Made by a program: the position numbers and the translations under genes
Notes under the pieces: model-generated
Databases searched by the model: none
What the model saw: the letters and a program-made list of their open reading frames with translations, nothing else
Told to the model about the DNA's origin: nothing
Assembly (NCBI GenBank): GCA_010909165.1
Contig: VJWM01000011.1
Span: forward strand, 930,001 to 994,000
Length of the DNA: 64,000 nt
Direction of reading: 5' to 3'
DNA from: Anthoceros angustus
Lineage: Eukaryota; Plantae; Anthocerotophyta
Part shown: piece after piece, positions 49,200-61,347 of the stretch
Layout: the number at the start of each line of letters is the position of its first letter
Numbering within the stretch: position 1 is the first letter of the stretch

Positions 49200-50515
49200 G
49201 ACTTTATTATAAAAAAGAGATGGGAAAAACCCATCCACCCAAAAACAAAGGGGGAAAAACCCAATGAAGGGTACCATGCCAGGAGGACTAGCCCCCACGA
49301 TCACGCATTTCAAAATTACCAACCGTCCGAAGAACTTCGTGGTCAGGGATGTGAAAAGGCCTACTTACCACCGGTGTCGACGAAGCTGCATCTCCCGCGC
49401 TCGCTGTCGTTCTATATACTGTATTAGCCAACGCCCTCTGCAAAGCGATGGAAACCCTCTGCCGGAAGAAAGCAACAATTTAAGAAAGGGGGAGACCAAC
49501 CCCATTCTTGCGGCTATGATAAGCCTTGGCGCAAGCCTTGACGAACCTAGATAAATCCTTGCCCATGGCTCCGTGAGTCTCAATGGCAAGGGGAAAAAAG
49601 GCCATCAACAATCGAAACCTGATCCCCCCGGGTCAAAAATAGGTTTGCCCTAAGCGAAACCTCGTTGAGCAAGGTGTAAGGGCGCTCCCTAACTAAATGG
49701 AAGGAACCCGCCTTCCCTAGCAATAGAAAACATGACGTCCCGGACGGCGTCATGTGTAGCAATACGCCGCCCACTCGCGGGACAGCGAGCCAAGTGCGTC
49801 CCAGAGTCATCGAGAGGGGCCCCGTAGCTACAAGTTGAAAGAGAGCAAGCCAGAGGATGGACCAAGCCAAGGCGAAAACGCATCGCGGTGGAAAAAGTTG
49901 CTTGTGCGATGCGGAATGCCTGAATACTAGGTCGAGCATGAAGCCATGAACCTGCCCCTTTTCCTGAGCAAGAGCGGAGACGAGCCCGAGTGGGCCTAGG
50001 AATGGAGGAATCCCGGAGGAGGGCCAGTGCGCTGCACTGTTCTCCGGAGGGACGCCCAAGCCGAGCCCAACCTCGAGCGAGGAAAAGACGGCATGGCGCC
50101 CTCGCCGGAGAATAAAGAGTCACAGCTAATCTTAGTGAGGCCTGCATGGGAAAAGTCCCCCCCTCAACGCCCGCGACAAAAGCATCCAGGATATGTAAAT
50201 GCCGAATTAAGAAACGGGAGGACAAGATGGGGGTAGAGAGAGCCCCTAAGAAAGCGCTAGCGTGAGGCCTCGTGGCAGAAACCAAGGCCCCAAAAGCGAT
50301 GGGAAGGAATGCTCACGCAAGATTCCCGCCGCACTCAAGGTGCTGGGCCGATGATGTCGCCTAAAACCTGCATAAGCCGCTTGTCGAAATTCCTTAGGCT
50401 AGACAAGAAAACCGGGGAGGGGGCAACTGTTCGGAGAAGGTACCCTGGCCGACGCGCAAAACAAAAGCAGAGGATCCCAAATGCCACTTGCGGGTCTCCC
50501 AGTTGAGAAAGGAAT
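49200..50515 (-). mobile_element. 5'-truncated, frameshifted non-LTR retrotransposon with restriction-like endonuclease (CRE-clade-like)
   Basis: Minus-strand motifs in the expected order: QLGDPQVAFGILCFCFARRPGYLLRTVAP, LPIAFGGLG, ARLRSCSGKGAGSWLHARPS, FSTAMRFRLGL, CCHC-like CSYGAPLDDSGTHLARC...HDAVRD, R-A-N/D-L...DQVSIVD (REL) and FFRQRVSIALQRALA. AATAAA follows near 49207. Confidence 0.85.
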
Positions 50516-51482
50516 GGATTGTGAATGATGTTTGAATTTTGATTGTATCATGTCCATTTAATGACATTTTTTATTGACACCCTCTAGCACACTAGTAAAA
50601 GAGCTAGCACGAAACCTCTATCAATCATATTTGGCACTGAATCATGGCTCTACATGTGGTCTACATAGTTATGAGTTCACCAGACCATATGTGGTTTGCT
50701 GAGTGTATGGTTTCCATGGTTGGTTTTTGCTCCCTCAGGTTGTTCCCTCTGAGCACTAGCCAAGCTTGTACACCCACCACCACCACTGTCAAGTCATGGC
50801 TGCTAGCCTTGATTTCTTTTTCCAAGGCTAATTACTCTTCTAGGCTTGCAATCTCCTAATGTTGAGGCTAATACTTCTTCATCCTCATACAACCAACTGC
50901 TTAAGACGCAAAACACGGAGTTTTAGCTTCGAGCATCTTGTGAATTAGCGTCCAATTCAAAATTAGCCATCTTAAAAGATAGATAGTGCATCCTCCTTCA
51001 ATATGACTTCGATGTATGTGATTCTATCTTCAAATGTTAGGTTGCAACCTCCTCCCTAAATGAATTTAAAGAGGAATCAAGATGCATTCCCCTATGGCAT
51101 ACCGAAGAGGACAGAAAGAGGCAGGTATTGAATTTTTTCTTTTCTGTATAATACATCGTCACTTTGTATACACCCTTTCCTACGAAATATAGGCTATCAG
51201 ACTGGACATGTAAAAAAAGACCTATACAGTACCAAAGCAAATACAATGCCATTGCAAATATCCACTTCTCCTTTTTTTCCATAGACCGATCCTAGTACGA
51301 TCCATAGGGCGTGATCAAGCCTCGTCAAGCCCACTAGGCCTGCCTAATGTACTTGGTCAAGCTACCGATTAGGTACGCCTGGTCAAGGGTAACAATTGTC
51401 TTATGTTCTCACACTCTTCATACAAGATTACCTCCGATCGTGTGACGAGGCCCTCGGCCTGATGGGGCATACCAAGCACGGG

Positions 51483-51572
51483 CATGAGGCTATCAATCTA
51501 ATCAGGCCAACCAAGTGTAGACATGAGGCCATCAACCTAATCAGGCCAACCAAGCGCAGACATGAGGCCATC
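51483..51572. repeat. 39-bp tandem repeat (2.3 copies)
   Basis: catgaggc(t/c)atcaa(t/c)ctaatcaggccaaccaag occurs at 51483, 51522 and (partial) 51561. Confidence 0.85.
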
Positions 51573-52336
51573 ATGTCCCGATGGAGATCAAGCCATGGCT
51601 TGTCCAAGATCATTTCCCACGGACCTGAAATAATTTCGCACAATCAAGAATATCGCCTCGGTATATATGTCGTGGTTGGTCCCGCGAGCACATGTCCACC
51701 CTAGTACCCCGAAGGCAGCCTCCGGGTACACAGAAAAGAAAAATGTGATTTCAAGATATCAAAAGATTGGGAAAGAAATGAAGCGCCCCTCTCTCCCTAT
51801 GTCCGTATTGGTGCGCCATATTTACCCTATATTAGAGATAAGCTTTCTAAATACATGTTTGTAATCATGTATGAATAATAATTTTAAAATCTCTTTATTA
51901 CTTTACTAAGATAAATAAATAAATATCTAGTATAGATAATAGATATCAAGTAAATTGTTTTTTAATATTTTATAATATCCTATCGATTAGAAGAAGGTTT
52001 GGTAGGAAAAAAATGATTTGCATTGCTCCCATCAGTTCTTTCCGCCCACAAAGGTCTATATATGTACAACCGAGGAATCTATATTGTGGAAATTGTCCTG
52101 ATTTATTGCATTGTTATTGTAAGTATTGTTTATTCCTTCTAGTTCTTGTGCTCTCGTTCTTGTGTTCTAGTTCCTTCTAGACCTTGGAAATTGTAATTAT
52201 TTTTATAAATATGGTTTTTTCCTTCTAGTTCTTATGTTCAGTAATAGTGTGAATGTTATAGTTTTTTAATTGATAGTAGCTTTCCTGTTTTCTCTTATCT
52301 TACAATTATGTTATTACTGCAGTTGGTTGCACCTCC

Positions 52337-52648
52337 ATGGACAGTTGTTGCACGCTTGTCATTGATATGCGGAGGCCACATCAATTAAACAGAATTCACC
52401 GACATTACATGAAGTGGCAGTATCTATCTGCAATGCAGACACGACCTAACCACATGACTTTGCAACGTTTACTCAAGTTGGCTGAGAAATATACCGATGA
52501 GGATTATCATATTCCGATATTTATCCCACTAGTGAAAGTACGATTAAATCGGAAAGCAAATTCTTGTTGGAACCTTTTGGAGGAGAATTTTTATCGTAAA
52601 CTGGATCGGATCATGAAGACAGTGTTGGACTTGCACACTAGAGAATGA
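52337..52648 (+). CDS. Orphan 103-aa ORF with apparent TATA box and 5'-UTR intron
   Basis: TATATA at 52057-52062, donor GTAAGT at 52119, T-rich intron, acceptor TACTGCAG ending 52322, ATG at 52337. No recognisable domain. Confidence 0.45.
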   Translation: MDSCCTLVIDMRRPHQLNRIHRHYMKWQYLSAMQTRPNHMTLQRLLKLAEKYTDEDYHIPIFIPLVKVRLNRKANSCWNLLEENFYRKLDRIMKTVLDLHTRE

Positions 52649-54330
52649 AGATTGTTTGGTATGTCTAAGCTGTCTTGGGTCAATATTCGCAATTCATCAT
52701 GTCGCGAATGATGCGATATCAGGACATGCGAATGGTCAAAGCTTTTTATAATCAATATTCACACATTCATCATTCGCACATTCGTCACGATCTGCCTTTC
52801 AAATTGTGAACGTCTTTTATCAATACTATGTCGTCAAGGACATCTTTTGGTCCTCAACTTTGAATGTTCTTTTAGCTTCCTCATTGCATTTATCTCTCAG
52901 TAATATAATATTTTCAAGGCAGACTTTGGTCTTGTATTTTGTATGTTCAGTCAAACTATTCAGCTTACATGCACACAACTTAGAGAGCAAGTTTTAACTT
53001 TTACTCTGTTGGTTAAATTTTTCATTAGCTTTGTGGCTTGCAAAAGATCACACATATCAACAACAACTTTCCAACCTATTCAGCAGTTATTGTTAGGGTC
53101 CTAAACTAAAAGCTATTGTTGACTAAGTTGCATTATAGATTAATTTATTGCAAATTAATTTTAGAAACAAAAACAACAATGAAAACATGATTCAATTGCT
53201 AAGTCCAAGCCAATAATTATGAACAAGTTATGAAAGTTTTGCACACAAAATAACTCTGCATGCAACTATGAACGAGTTAGAACTTTCAAAAGAATGGTTT
53301 CTAAGCTTCAAAACCTACTTCTCTACTATCGCCAGAATTGTTTCATAGTGGTAGAGCCGTTTTTTACACTCGTTCTGCAAAATGCATGAAAGCTATAGCA
53401 TCTTATAATTATGCGCGAAACCATAACTTAGATCAAAATTTAATGCGTTAATTTATTCTAGAAACTCTCTTCTCTCACTACGTGACCTTAAGGTATTGTA
53501 ACGTTCATTGAAGTTGGCTAAAAAATATATATTTGATGATCGAATCCACAGCAAACAGTTTATGTAGAAATAGAAGCACGATTTGATTGAAGCGTGAATT
53601 CTATGTGGACGTTCTAAGAACATCATTATTATCATAAGCTTGACCAAAATTGTGAATTAGCATTAGCAAGCCAACATACCAAAGAACAACAATTGTTACA
53701 TCTTAACCCCAAAACGCTGAATCTACTCATATTGTTTAGAGCTTTTGGGCTCCTGAATTTTTTTACACGGGATTTAGTTGGAACTTTTGAGCAGTAAGGG
53801 TCTAGACCATGTCAATTTTTATAACTCAAAAACCAGGCCTCCATAGCAATGTCTTGACCAGATCGACCATAGGATTCTAGAGATGCCTCTCAACCACGAC
53901 ATCTACGTATGCTTCTACCGAACTAGAGGTGCTCGCAGCGAGCTTGCTGCCCAGGGACTCGGCCAAGGTGAGCTCCGGTGGCCCCCTCTCTACCAGCCCT
54001 TTTGTCGGTGGCCTCCTCACCGTGACTGGGGAATCACCAGCATATATTCATAGAATCTCCAACATTGTGGCCACCGATTTCCCTTCAAAGGGCAGGTAGG
54101 CATTGGTGTTTGGTGGTTTTGAGGCGGGCATGGGGACTTGGAGTAGGCGGTGTGGGAATGGATTCTGGCTAGTAGGGTTGTGAGGCAGTTGGCCGAACCC
54201 AGTACAAGTAGGCCTTTTTTGGAGTCTCTGTTTGGATAGTTTGGCTTACTTTTTCTTAGTTGGGTGCGAGCACAATATGGTGACCACAACTTGTGGAAAT
54301 GCAGAACTGATAGATTCTTAACTTATGGAC

Positions 54331-55205
54331 TTAAGGAGATTTGGACTTAAGATCCAATATACCTAAGTTCCTCATATGTTTGCTATGTAATTCCCGACTA
54401 AGGGATTTGGTTAATAAATCAACTGAATTATTGTGTGTTGGAATGTAATTAATATCTATTGTCTTGCTTTCTAACAATTCTCTTATGTAGTGATATTCTA
54501 CCGATATGTGCTTAGTTCTTGAGTGAAAAACAGGGTTTCTGGCTAAGGCTATAGCCCCTTGACTATCGCTGAACAATGGTGTAGGATCATTTTGAGGATG
54601 ATTAAGCTCATCTAAAGCTAACCTACTCCATACGATATCTTTTGCAATGGAGGTTAGTACCTTATACTCTGACTCAGTGCTAGAAAGGACAATGGTAGTC
54701 TGTTTCTTACTTGACCATGAAATGGGGGCCGTTGCTAGTATAAGCACGTACATAGCCTGATACAGATCTTCTTGTATCGTGGTCTCCAGCATAATCAGCA
54801 TCAGCATAAGCTGGCAACCTTAGCTTGTCGATGCCGGGTGTATGTCGATACATAAGTCCTGTATACATAAGTCATGTGTGTCCTTAAGGTATCTAAAAAT
54901 ACGCTTTACTGACATCCAGTGTTCTCGTCCGGGATAATCTAAAACTTGTGAGCAGGCACGGACTTCAAATGATATGTCAAGCCTTGTAAAATTGCTCAAA
55001 TATATTAGGGTGCCAACAGCATGTCGATATGGGACCGCTAACATTTCCAACTTATCTGCATCAGTTTTAGGACTCATATCTGATGTGAGTCGTATCCCAC
55101 TAGCAAAAGGAGTCAGAGAGGGCTTAGCATCCTCAAGTCCAAACTTAGCTAGGCTTTCCTTAATGTACTTAGTTTGAACTATACTTAAAGTTCTATTACT
55201 TCGAG
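54331..55205 (-). mobile_element. Ty1/copia retrotransposon remnant (RT C-terminus and RNase H), frameshifted
   Basis: [73 protein letters not shown] and NPVFHSRTKHISVEYHYIRE. No LTRs were identified. Confidence 0.93.
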
Positions 55206-55323
55206 GGACTGCCTCTTATTTTGGGTGATTTTTGAATATTTTATTAATATTTTAAAGTATAAATCGAAATCTGGGAATTTTAGACGGAGTAACCCCGCAC
55301 ACTGCGGAGACGAGGGCTGCCTT

Positions 55324-55403
55324 TACCTCCGAGCGAGCGAGTTTTATAATATGTGGGCTACCTTCTGGTATACCTCTGAGCGAGCGAGTTTTATAATATG
55401 TGG
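55324..55403 (+). promoter_or_regulatory. 47-bp-period duplication carrying a TATA-like element upstream of GH3 copy A
   Basis: tacctc(c/t)gagcgagcgagttttataatatgtgg occurs at 55324 and 55371, about 180-250 bp before the ATG. Confidence 0.5.
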
Positions 55404-55581
55404 TCTTCAAGGTCCCCTGCATATCTACATCAGGCACCTTGACAGTACGTACACTACCTCTATCGGTTGAAGGACGCGGCACAATGTGAGCTTCTTAGCC
55501 CGCAGTCTCTACTGTCTACTTCCATAGGACACGAAAACGGGAAGCCAATTCGGGTTGGCCGCTTGTGTCCGGAAGCGTCCC

Positions 55582-57680
55582 ATGGCGTCAAGTCAAGAGC
55601 TCACTGCAGCTCGTCAGAACCAAGCATGGGACAGGACAGCGGAGGAGCAGGCCGAATTGTTGCAACGATTGCTTGAGAAGAACTCGGCTTGTGAATACCT
55701 GCAGAGGCATGGCCTGAATGGCAGGACAGATCCGGAGTCCTTCAAGAAACATATTCCTGTCGTCGAGTACGATGCCATTGAGCAAGACATCCAAAGGATT
55801 CTGCAGGGAGAGCATGCTTCAGGCATTCTCTGCTGCGAGGTGGTGGAGGAATTCTTTCTCAGGTACGCCTGCGGAGCACTTGAATTCCATACCCGATCCT
55901 CGTCCTACAATAAGCTGAGTCAGTGCATTTTCGGTTTTTCTTTGCGGATCTGGATTCTGCAGCTCGGGGACAGCATCAGGGAAGCGGAAGGTGTTTCCAG
56001 CCACTCAGCAGTTTTATCTTGGAAGAGAGTTGAACATGAAGCTCATGGACGCGTATTTGCACTTGTAAGTTTCGGGTGATCAATCCTCCATTTATGTTGC
56101 AGGAGACGCTGCTTTGTGATGTCGCAATCTCATGATGTGCTGTATTTCTTCCTCCTCGGCAGGGATTTCGGGGACGCAGCCACATCAGGCCTGACGCTTT
56201 TTTTTGCAAATGTGTCAAAAGGAAGCAAGAGTCCTGGAGGCTTGGACGTCGGGACAGTCACATCTTCAGCATTCCGGAAGGCTTTCAGCGGGATATACAG
56301 CGGAGCCTTGTTCGCCGGTTCCGCAAGTCCGAAGGAAGTGCTCCTGTGCCACGACTACGAGCAGTCGATATACTGCCACCTCGTCTGCGGCCTGCTACGA
56401 CACTCGGAAGTGTTCAGAATCACAGCCGTATTCGCCTCTGGAGTGGTGAACGCGCTCCACATGCTCAAAGCGTGGTGGAAGGAGATCAGCACCGACATTG
56501 AGACAGGGCATCTGAGCAGCAGGATCACAGACTCTTCCCTCCGTGCTGCGGTGTCACAGCTTTTGGCAGAGCCAAATCCGGAATTGGCCAATCGCATTAG
56601 AGGGGAATGCGGGAAGGAGTGTTGGGAAGGTGTTATCCTCCGCCTTTGGCCCAATCTGAAGTTCATAACCGGCCTCGCAACCGGCTCCCTGCTGCAGTAT
56701 GTGCCTCACCTGATCTTCTTGTCCAGTGCGACGATGCCAATTGTGTCAGTCGTATACGCAGGATCCGAAGGCAACTACGCAGTGAACCCCAAGCCGCTCA
56801 ATCCACCCGATGAGACATTCTATGTGTTCCAGCCACAAGTGTCTTACTTCGAGTTTTTGGCGTTGAATGGAGAGCAAGGGCATGAGCAGGGATTGGACAA
56901 TCTCGGAATCAGCGACGGAAATTCGGTGAGAATTGTAGACCTTGCGAGCGTGAAGGAAGGCGAAGAGTACGAGCTCGTGGTAACTAACGGCTCAGGTGAG
57001 GATGCTTCAATACCTTCTCACTCTCTTACATGTTGCACCTCGGCTCGTCGAAACTGTCACTGAAACGTCCCGTGGTATTCGCAGGTTTGTGGAGATACAG
57101 AGTTGGAGACATCGTGCAATGCGTGGGGTTTTTCCAAAAGGCACCGAAATTCAAGGTTGTCGGACGCCGGAATGTAATCGGATCCGTGAGCACCGAAAAG
57201 ATTGAGGAACAGGATCTGGTCCGAGCTCTCAGGACCGTGGCCAGGCTGCATTTTCCTCCAAACATTCAGCTCGCGGACTTCACGAGTTGCATAAGCCTGT
57301 CTTCTATTCCAGGCCATCACGTGATCTTCTTGGAGGTGGCCGGTTTAAGCTCAGTCCATGTCGGCGAAGGGGCTTTGCAAGAGAGCTGCCTCACTGTGGA
57401 GGCTGCCTTATGTGAGCCTTACAGAAGGGGACGCAACCTTCACACTATTGCTCCCTTGGAGCTCAAGGTTGTGAAGCCTGGGACCTTTGTGAAGGTCCGA
57501 GACTTTGCCGCCGATACCCTGGGAACCTCCGTGATACAATATAAGACCCCCAGGGCCTTCAAAAATGGCCATCCTGCGCTGGAAATTCTGAACGCAGGGG
57601 TGGCGGAGAGTGCACGAAGTCCTCGCCCTCCTCCCCATCACAAGCACAATCCCGACGGTATCGTCGGGTCAGACGCGTGA
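55582..57680 (+). CDS. GH3: GH3 acyl-acid amido synthetase, copy A (4 exons)
   Basis: N-terminal EYLQRHGLNG...FKKHIPVVEYD; motif I SSGTASGKRKVFP across intron 1; motif II YAGSEG; motif III GLWRYRVGDIV; C-terminal PGHHVIFLE, IAPLELKVVKPGTF and QYKTPR. The frame is intact. Confidence 0.96.
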
Positions 57681-57689
57681 CACGCGTCT

Positions 57690-58160
57690 TTTCCGAGAAT
57701 TGTTGAATTTAAGGCACAATACATCAATGTTTATGAGACCATCAATGAGATCAGGAAGAGGGACTTGAGGGAGACGTAACATGATACAGTTCTAGGAGAA
57801 AGGCGTGGAAGACGGCAGGGGTTGCAATGTGAGGGGTAGGAGAAGGCGATAAGCGGGCAACACTGTTGAAAGGTCAAGCTATTTGTGTTGTAATTTTCGC
57901 ACTCCAGGCAAGTGTACGTAGGCCCTGAGCTGATAGCATGACCCTGGAATTCATCCTGTGAAAACTGGAAAACGATTTGCTGACTGCTGCCGACGATTCT
58001 GAGATTGCTGTAAGTGCAGACGGGCCCGCTGCAGGGTGACAGCATGATTTTGAAGAAGTCAGGAGCCGGATGTGTCTGAAGGACTGGAAGTCTTAGAACA
58101 GCTGTTAGAACAGTGCCTGGACGCCGAGCAAACAGCATGAAGAATGGAGTGAAGCCAGTA
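57690..58160 (+). pseudogene. Decayed fragment of an unidentified acidic protein gene
   Basis: Coding-like stretches (RIVEFKAQYINVYETINEIRKRD; KLENDLLTAADDSEIAVSADG; EGLEVLEQLLEQCLD) are interrupted by stops and have one intron-like acceptor. No family recognised. Confidence 0.25.
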
Positions 58161-58166
58161 GCCATG

Positions 58167-58765
58167 CGTGTGGCCATTTCCTAGTGCTTTTTTGGTTTTT
58201 ATTTTGCCGCGTCCCTTATTGGGAAAGCGCTCATCAAGACCCACATCGAAGTAAGATGATGTTTAGCTCAAATCTCTCTTCAGGTTTTCTTGATTCTGGC
58301 AGACTTTTGTGGCTTATGCAATGCCCACAAGTCAGAGATGTTGAGGGTTAGGTTGGAGTGGGTGCGACATCGATTTACAGTTTTCTCTAAATATGTGCCC
58401 GACATTCTGTGTGCTCTTGATAATGCTCGAGCAGGGTTTAATTCAGACAAGGAGCACACACAACAGGGACGAAGCTGGTCATTTCTTTGTGCCTTCTGCC
58501 AACAGCTTGCACGCCTTCCTTTTTGTCTTTTTCTTTAAAGTTAGTGGCTCCAATTCTTCTGTTGTGGGTTTACAAGGCCGCTGCCTCAAGGTTTGCCTCA
58601 AGGTTTATAAGGTTGGACTACAATCGTTACAATGTTGCTGCTATAGTTTGCAGCAAGGATTTTAATTCAACAGCCCAAACTGCCCTCTACCCCTTTGCTG
58701 CCCTTTGACACCGTGGCTCTGTCCGTAGAGGACAGATCAGGGACACTCTTGTGCATACTGGATGT
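58167..58765 (+). pseudogene. VMP1: Intron-containing 3' fragment of VMP1 (DNA-level duplicate of ~45245-46260)
   Basis: Aligns by eye with the intact gene: cgtgtgg(c/t)catttcc, cccttattgggaaagcgctcatcaagac and gttggagtgggt(g/c)cgacatcgattt, and 3'-UTR blocks tgccctcta and cactcttgt. It contains frameshifts and an internal deletion. Confidence 0.9.
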
Positions 58766-59255
58766 TATATAGGCTCTGGCTCAAGAATATTTTTTCCGAA
58801 GTTCGAGGTTGGTAGAGCAGATCAACGGGCCATGGCCCATGGTACTAGCTACCAAGTTTTTTGCGCATTGCATGCTTAATATTAATATATGCACCTGACG
58901 AGGACATGCCGGCACGCAGGCAACGTAGGAATCTGTGCAAGCACGTTCCAACGGACCGTCCTTTGATCCCTACATGGTAGAGGTTCAGAGGACGGCAGGC
59001 TTCTGGTATACATAGGCATTCAATAATCAGGGGTATCCCCTATTCCAGGCTCTCCTGAAGTCCCGTCAAACGGCTGCCGATACATGCATGGCTGGAAACA
59101 TCGATAACATACATTCACTATACACAGAACTGTATACATCGGTTGGAGCACGCGGCAGAAAGTGAGCCGCTCAGGCCGGAACCTCTACTGTGCACTATCA
59201 CTGGGCATGAAAATGCTAAGCCAATCGGGTTGGACGCTATCTGCGAAAACCTACA

Positions 59256-61347
59256 ATGGCGTCAAGTCGAGAGCTCACAGCAGCTCGCCAGAACCAAGTG
59301 TGGGAGAGGACAGCGGAGGAGCAGGCCGAATTGCTGCAACGATTGCTTGAGAAGAACTCGGCTTGTGAATACCTCCACAGACACGGCCTGAATGGCAAGA
59401 CAGATCCGGAGTCATTCAAGAAACATATTCCTGTCATCGAGTACGATGCCATTGAGCAAGATATCCAAAGGATCCTGCAGGGAGAGCATGCTTCAGGCAT
59501 TCTCGGCTGCGAGGTGGTGGAGGAATTCTTTGTCAGGTACGCCGGCGGAGCACTTGAATTCCATTACCCAACCCTCGTCCTACAATAAGCTGAGTCAGTG
59601 CATTTCCGGTTTTTCTTTGCGGATCTGGATTCTGCAGCTCGGGGACAGCATCAGGGAAGCGGAAGATGTTTCCAGCGACTCAGCAGTTTTATCTTGGAAG
59701 AGAGTTGAACATGAAGGCCATGGACGCGTATTTGCACTTGTAAGTTTCGGGTGAATCCTCCATTCATGTTGCAGGAGACGCTGCTTTCTGATGCCGCAAT
59801 CTCATGCTGGATTTCTTCCTCCTCGGCAGGGATTTCGGGGACGCAGCCACATCAGGCCTGACGCTTTTTTTTGCGAATGTGTCAAAAGCAAGCAAGAGTC
59901 CTGGAGGCTTGGACGTCGGGACAGTCACATCTTCAGTATTCCGGAAGGCTTTCAGCGGGATATACAGCGGAGCCTTCTTCGCCGGTTCCGCAAGTCCGAA
60001 AGAAGCGCTCCTGTGCGACGACTACGAGCAGTCGATGTACTGCCACCTCGTCTGCGGCCTTCTACGACACTCGGAAGTGTTCAGAATCACAGCCGTACTG
60101 GCCTCTGGAGTGGTGAACGCGCTTCACATGCTCAAAGCGTGGTGGAAGGAGATCAGCACCGACATTGAGACAGGGCATCTGAGCAGCAGGATCATAGACT
60201 CTTCCCTCCGTGCGGCGGTGTCAAAGCTTTTGGCAGAGCCAAATCCGGAATTGGCCAATCGCATTAGAGGGGAATGCGGGAAGGAGTGTTGGGAAGGTGT
60301 TATCCTCCGCCTTTGGCCCAATCTGAAGTTCATAACCGGCCTCGCAACCGGCTCCCTGCTGCAATATGTGCCTCACCTGATCTTCCTGTCCAGCGCAACG
60401 ATGCCAATTGTGTCAGTCGGATACGGAGGATCCGAAGGCAGCTACGCAATCAACCCGAAGCCGCGCAATCCGCCAGATGAGACCTTCTATGTGTTCGAGC
60501 CACAAGTGTTTTACTTCGAGTTTTTGGTGTTGAATGGAGAGCAAGGGCATGAGCAGGGATTGGACAATCTCGGAATCAGCGACGGAAATTCGGTGAGAAT
60601 TGTAGACCTTGCGAGCGTGAAGGAAGGCGAAGAGTACGAGCTCGTGCTTACTAATGGCTCAGGTGAGGATGCTTCAATACCTTCTCACTCTCTTACATGT
60701 TGCACCTCGGCTGGTCGAAACTGTCACCGAAACGTCCCGTGGTATTCGCAGGCTTGTGGAGGTACAGAGTTGGAGACATCGTGCAATGCGTGGGGTTTTT
60801 CCAAAAGGCCCCGAAATTCAAGGTTGTGGGACGCCGGAATGTAATCGGATCCGTGAGCACCGAAAAGATTGAGGAACAGGATCTGGTCCGAGCTCTCAGG
60901 ACCGTGGCCAGGCTGCATTTTCCTCCAAACATTCAGCTCGCGGACTTCACGAGTTGCATAAGCCTGTCTTCTATTCCAGGCCATCACGTGATCTTCTTGG
61001 AGATGGCCGGTTTAAGCTCAGTCCATGTCGGCGAAGGGGCTTTGCAAGAGAGCTGCCTCACTGTGGAGGCTGCCTTATGTGAGCCTTACAGAAGGGGACG
61101 CAACCTTCACACTATTGCTCCCTTGGAGCTCAAGGTTGTGAAGCCTGGGACCTTTGTGAAGGTCCGAGACTTTGCCGCCGATACCCTGGGAACCTCCGTG
61201 ATACAATACAAGACCCCCAGGGCCTTCAAAAATGGCCATCCTGCGCTGGAAATCCTGAACGCAGGGGTGGCGGAGAGTGCACGAAGTCCTCGCCCTCCTC
61301 CCCATCACAAGCTCAATCCCGATGGTATCATCCGGTCGGACGTGTGA
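59256..61347 (+). CDS. GH3: GH3 acyl-acid amido synthetase, copy B (4 exons)
   Basis: Same exon structure and motifs as copy A (SSGTASGKRKMFP, YGGSEG, YRVGD). Intact frame, TGA at 61345-61347. Confidence 0.96.

Noticed and set aside
55467-55581. Peptide-like similarity upstream of both GH3 ATGs (LKDAAQCELL... / LEHAAESEPL..., 59143-59255) suggesting an N-terminal extension or conserved uORF
   Set aside because: No in-frame ATG, an in-frame stop in copy A, and a different frame offset in each copy. Simple nucleotide homology of the leaders explains it.
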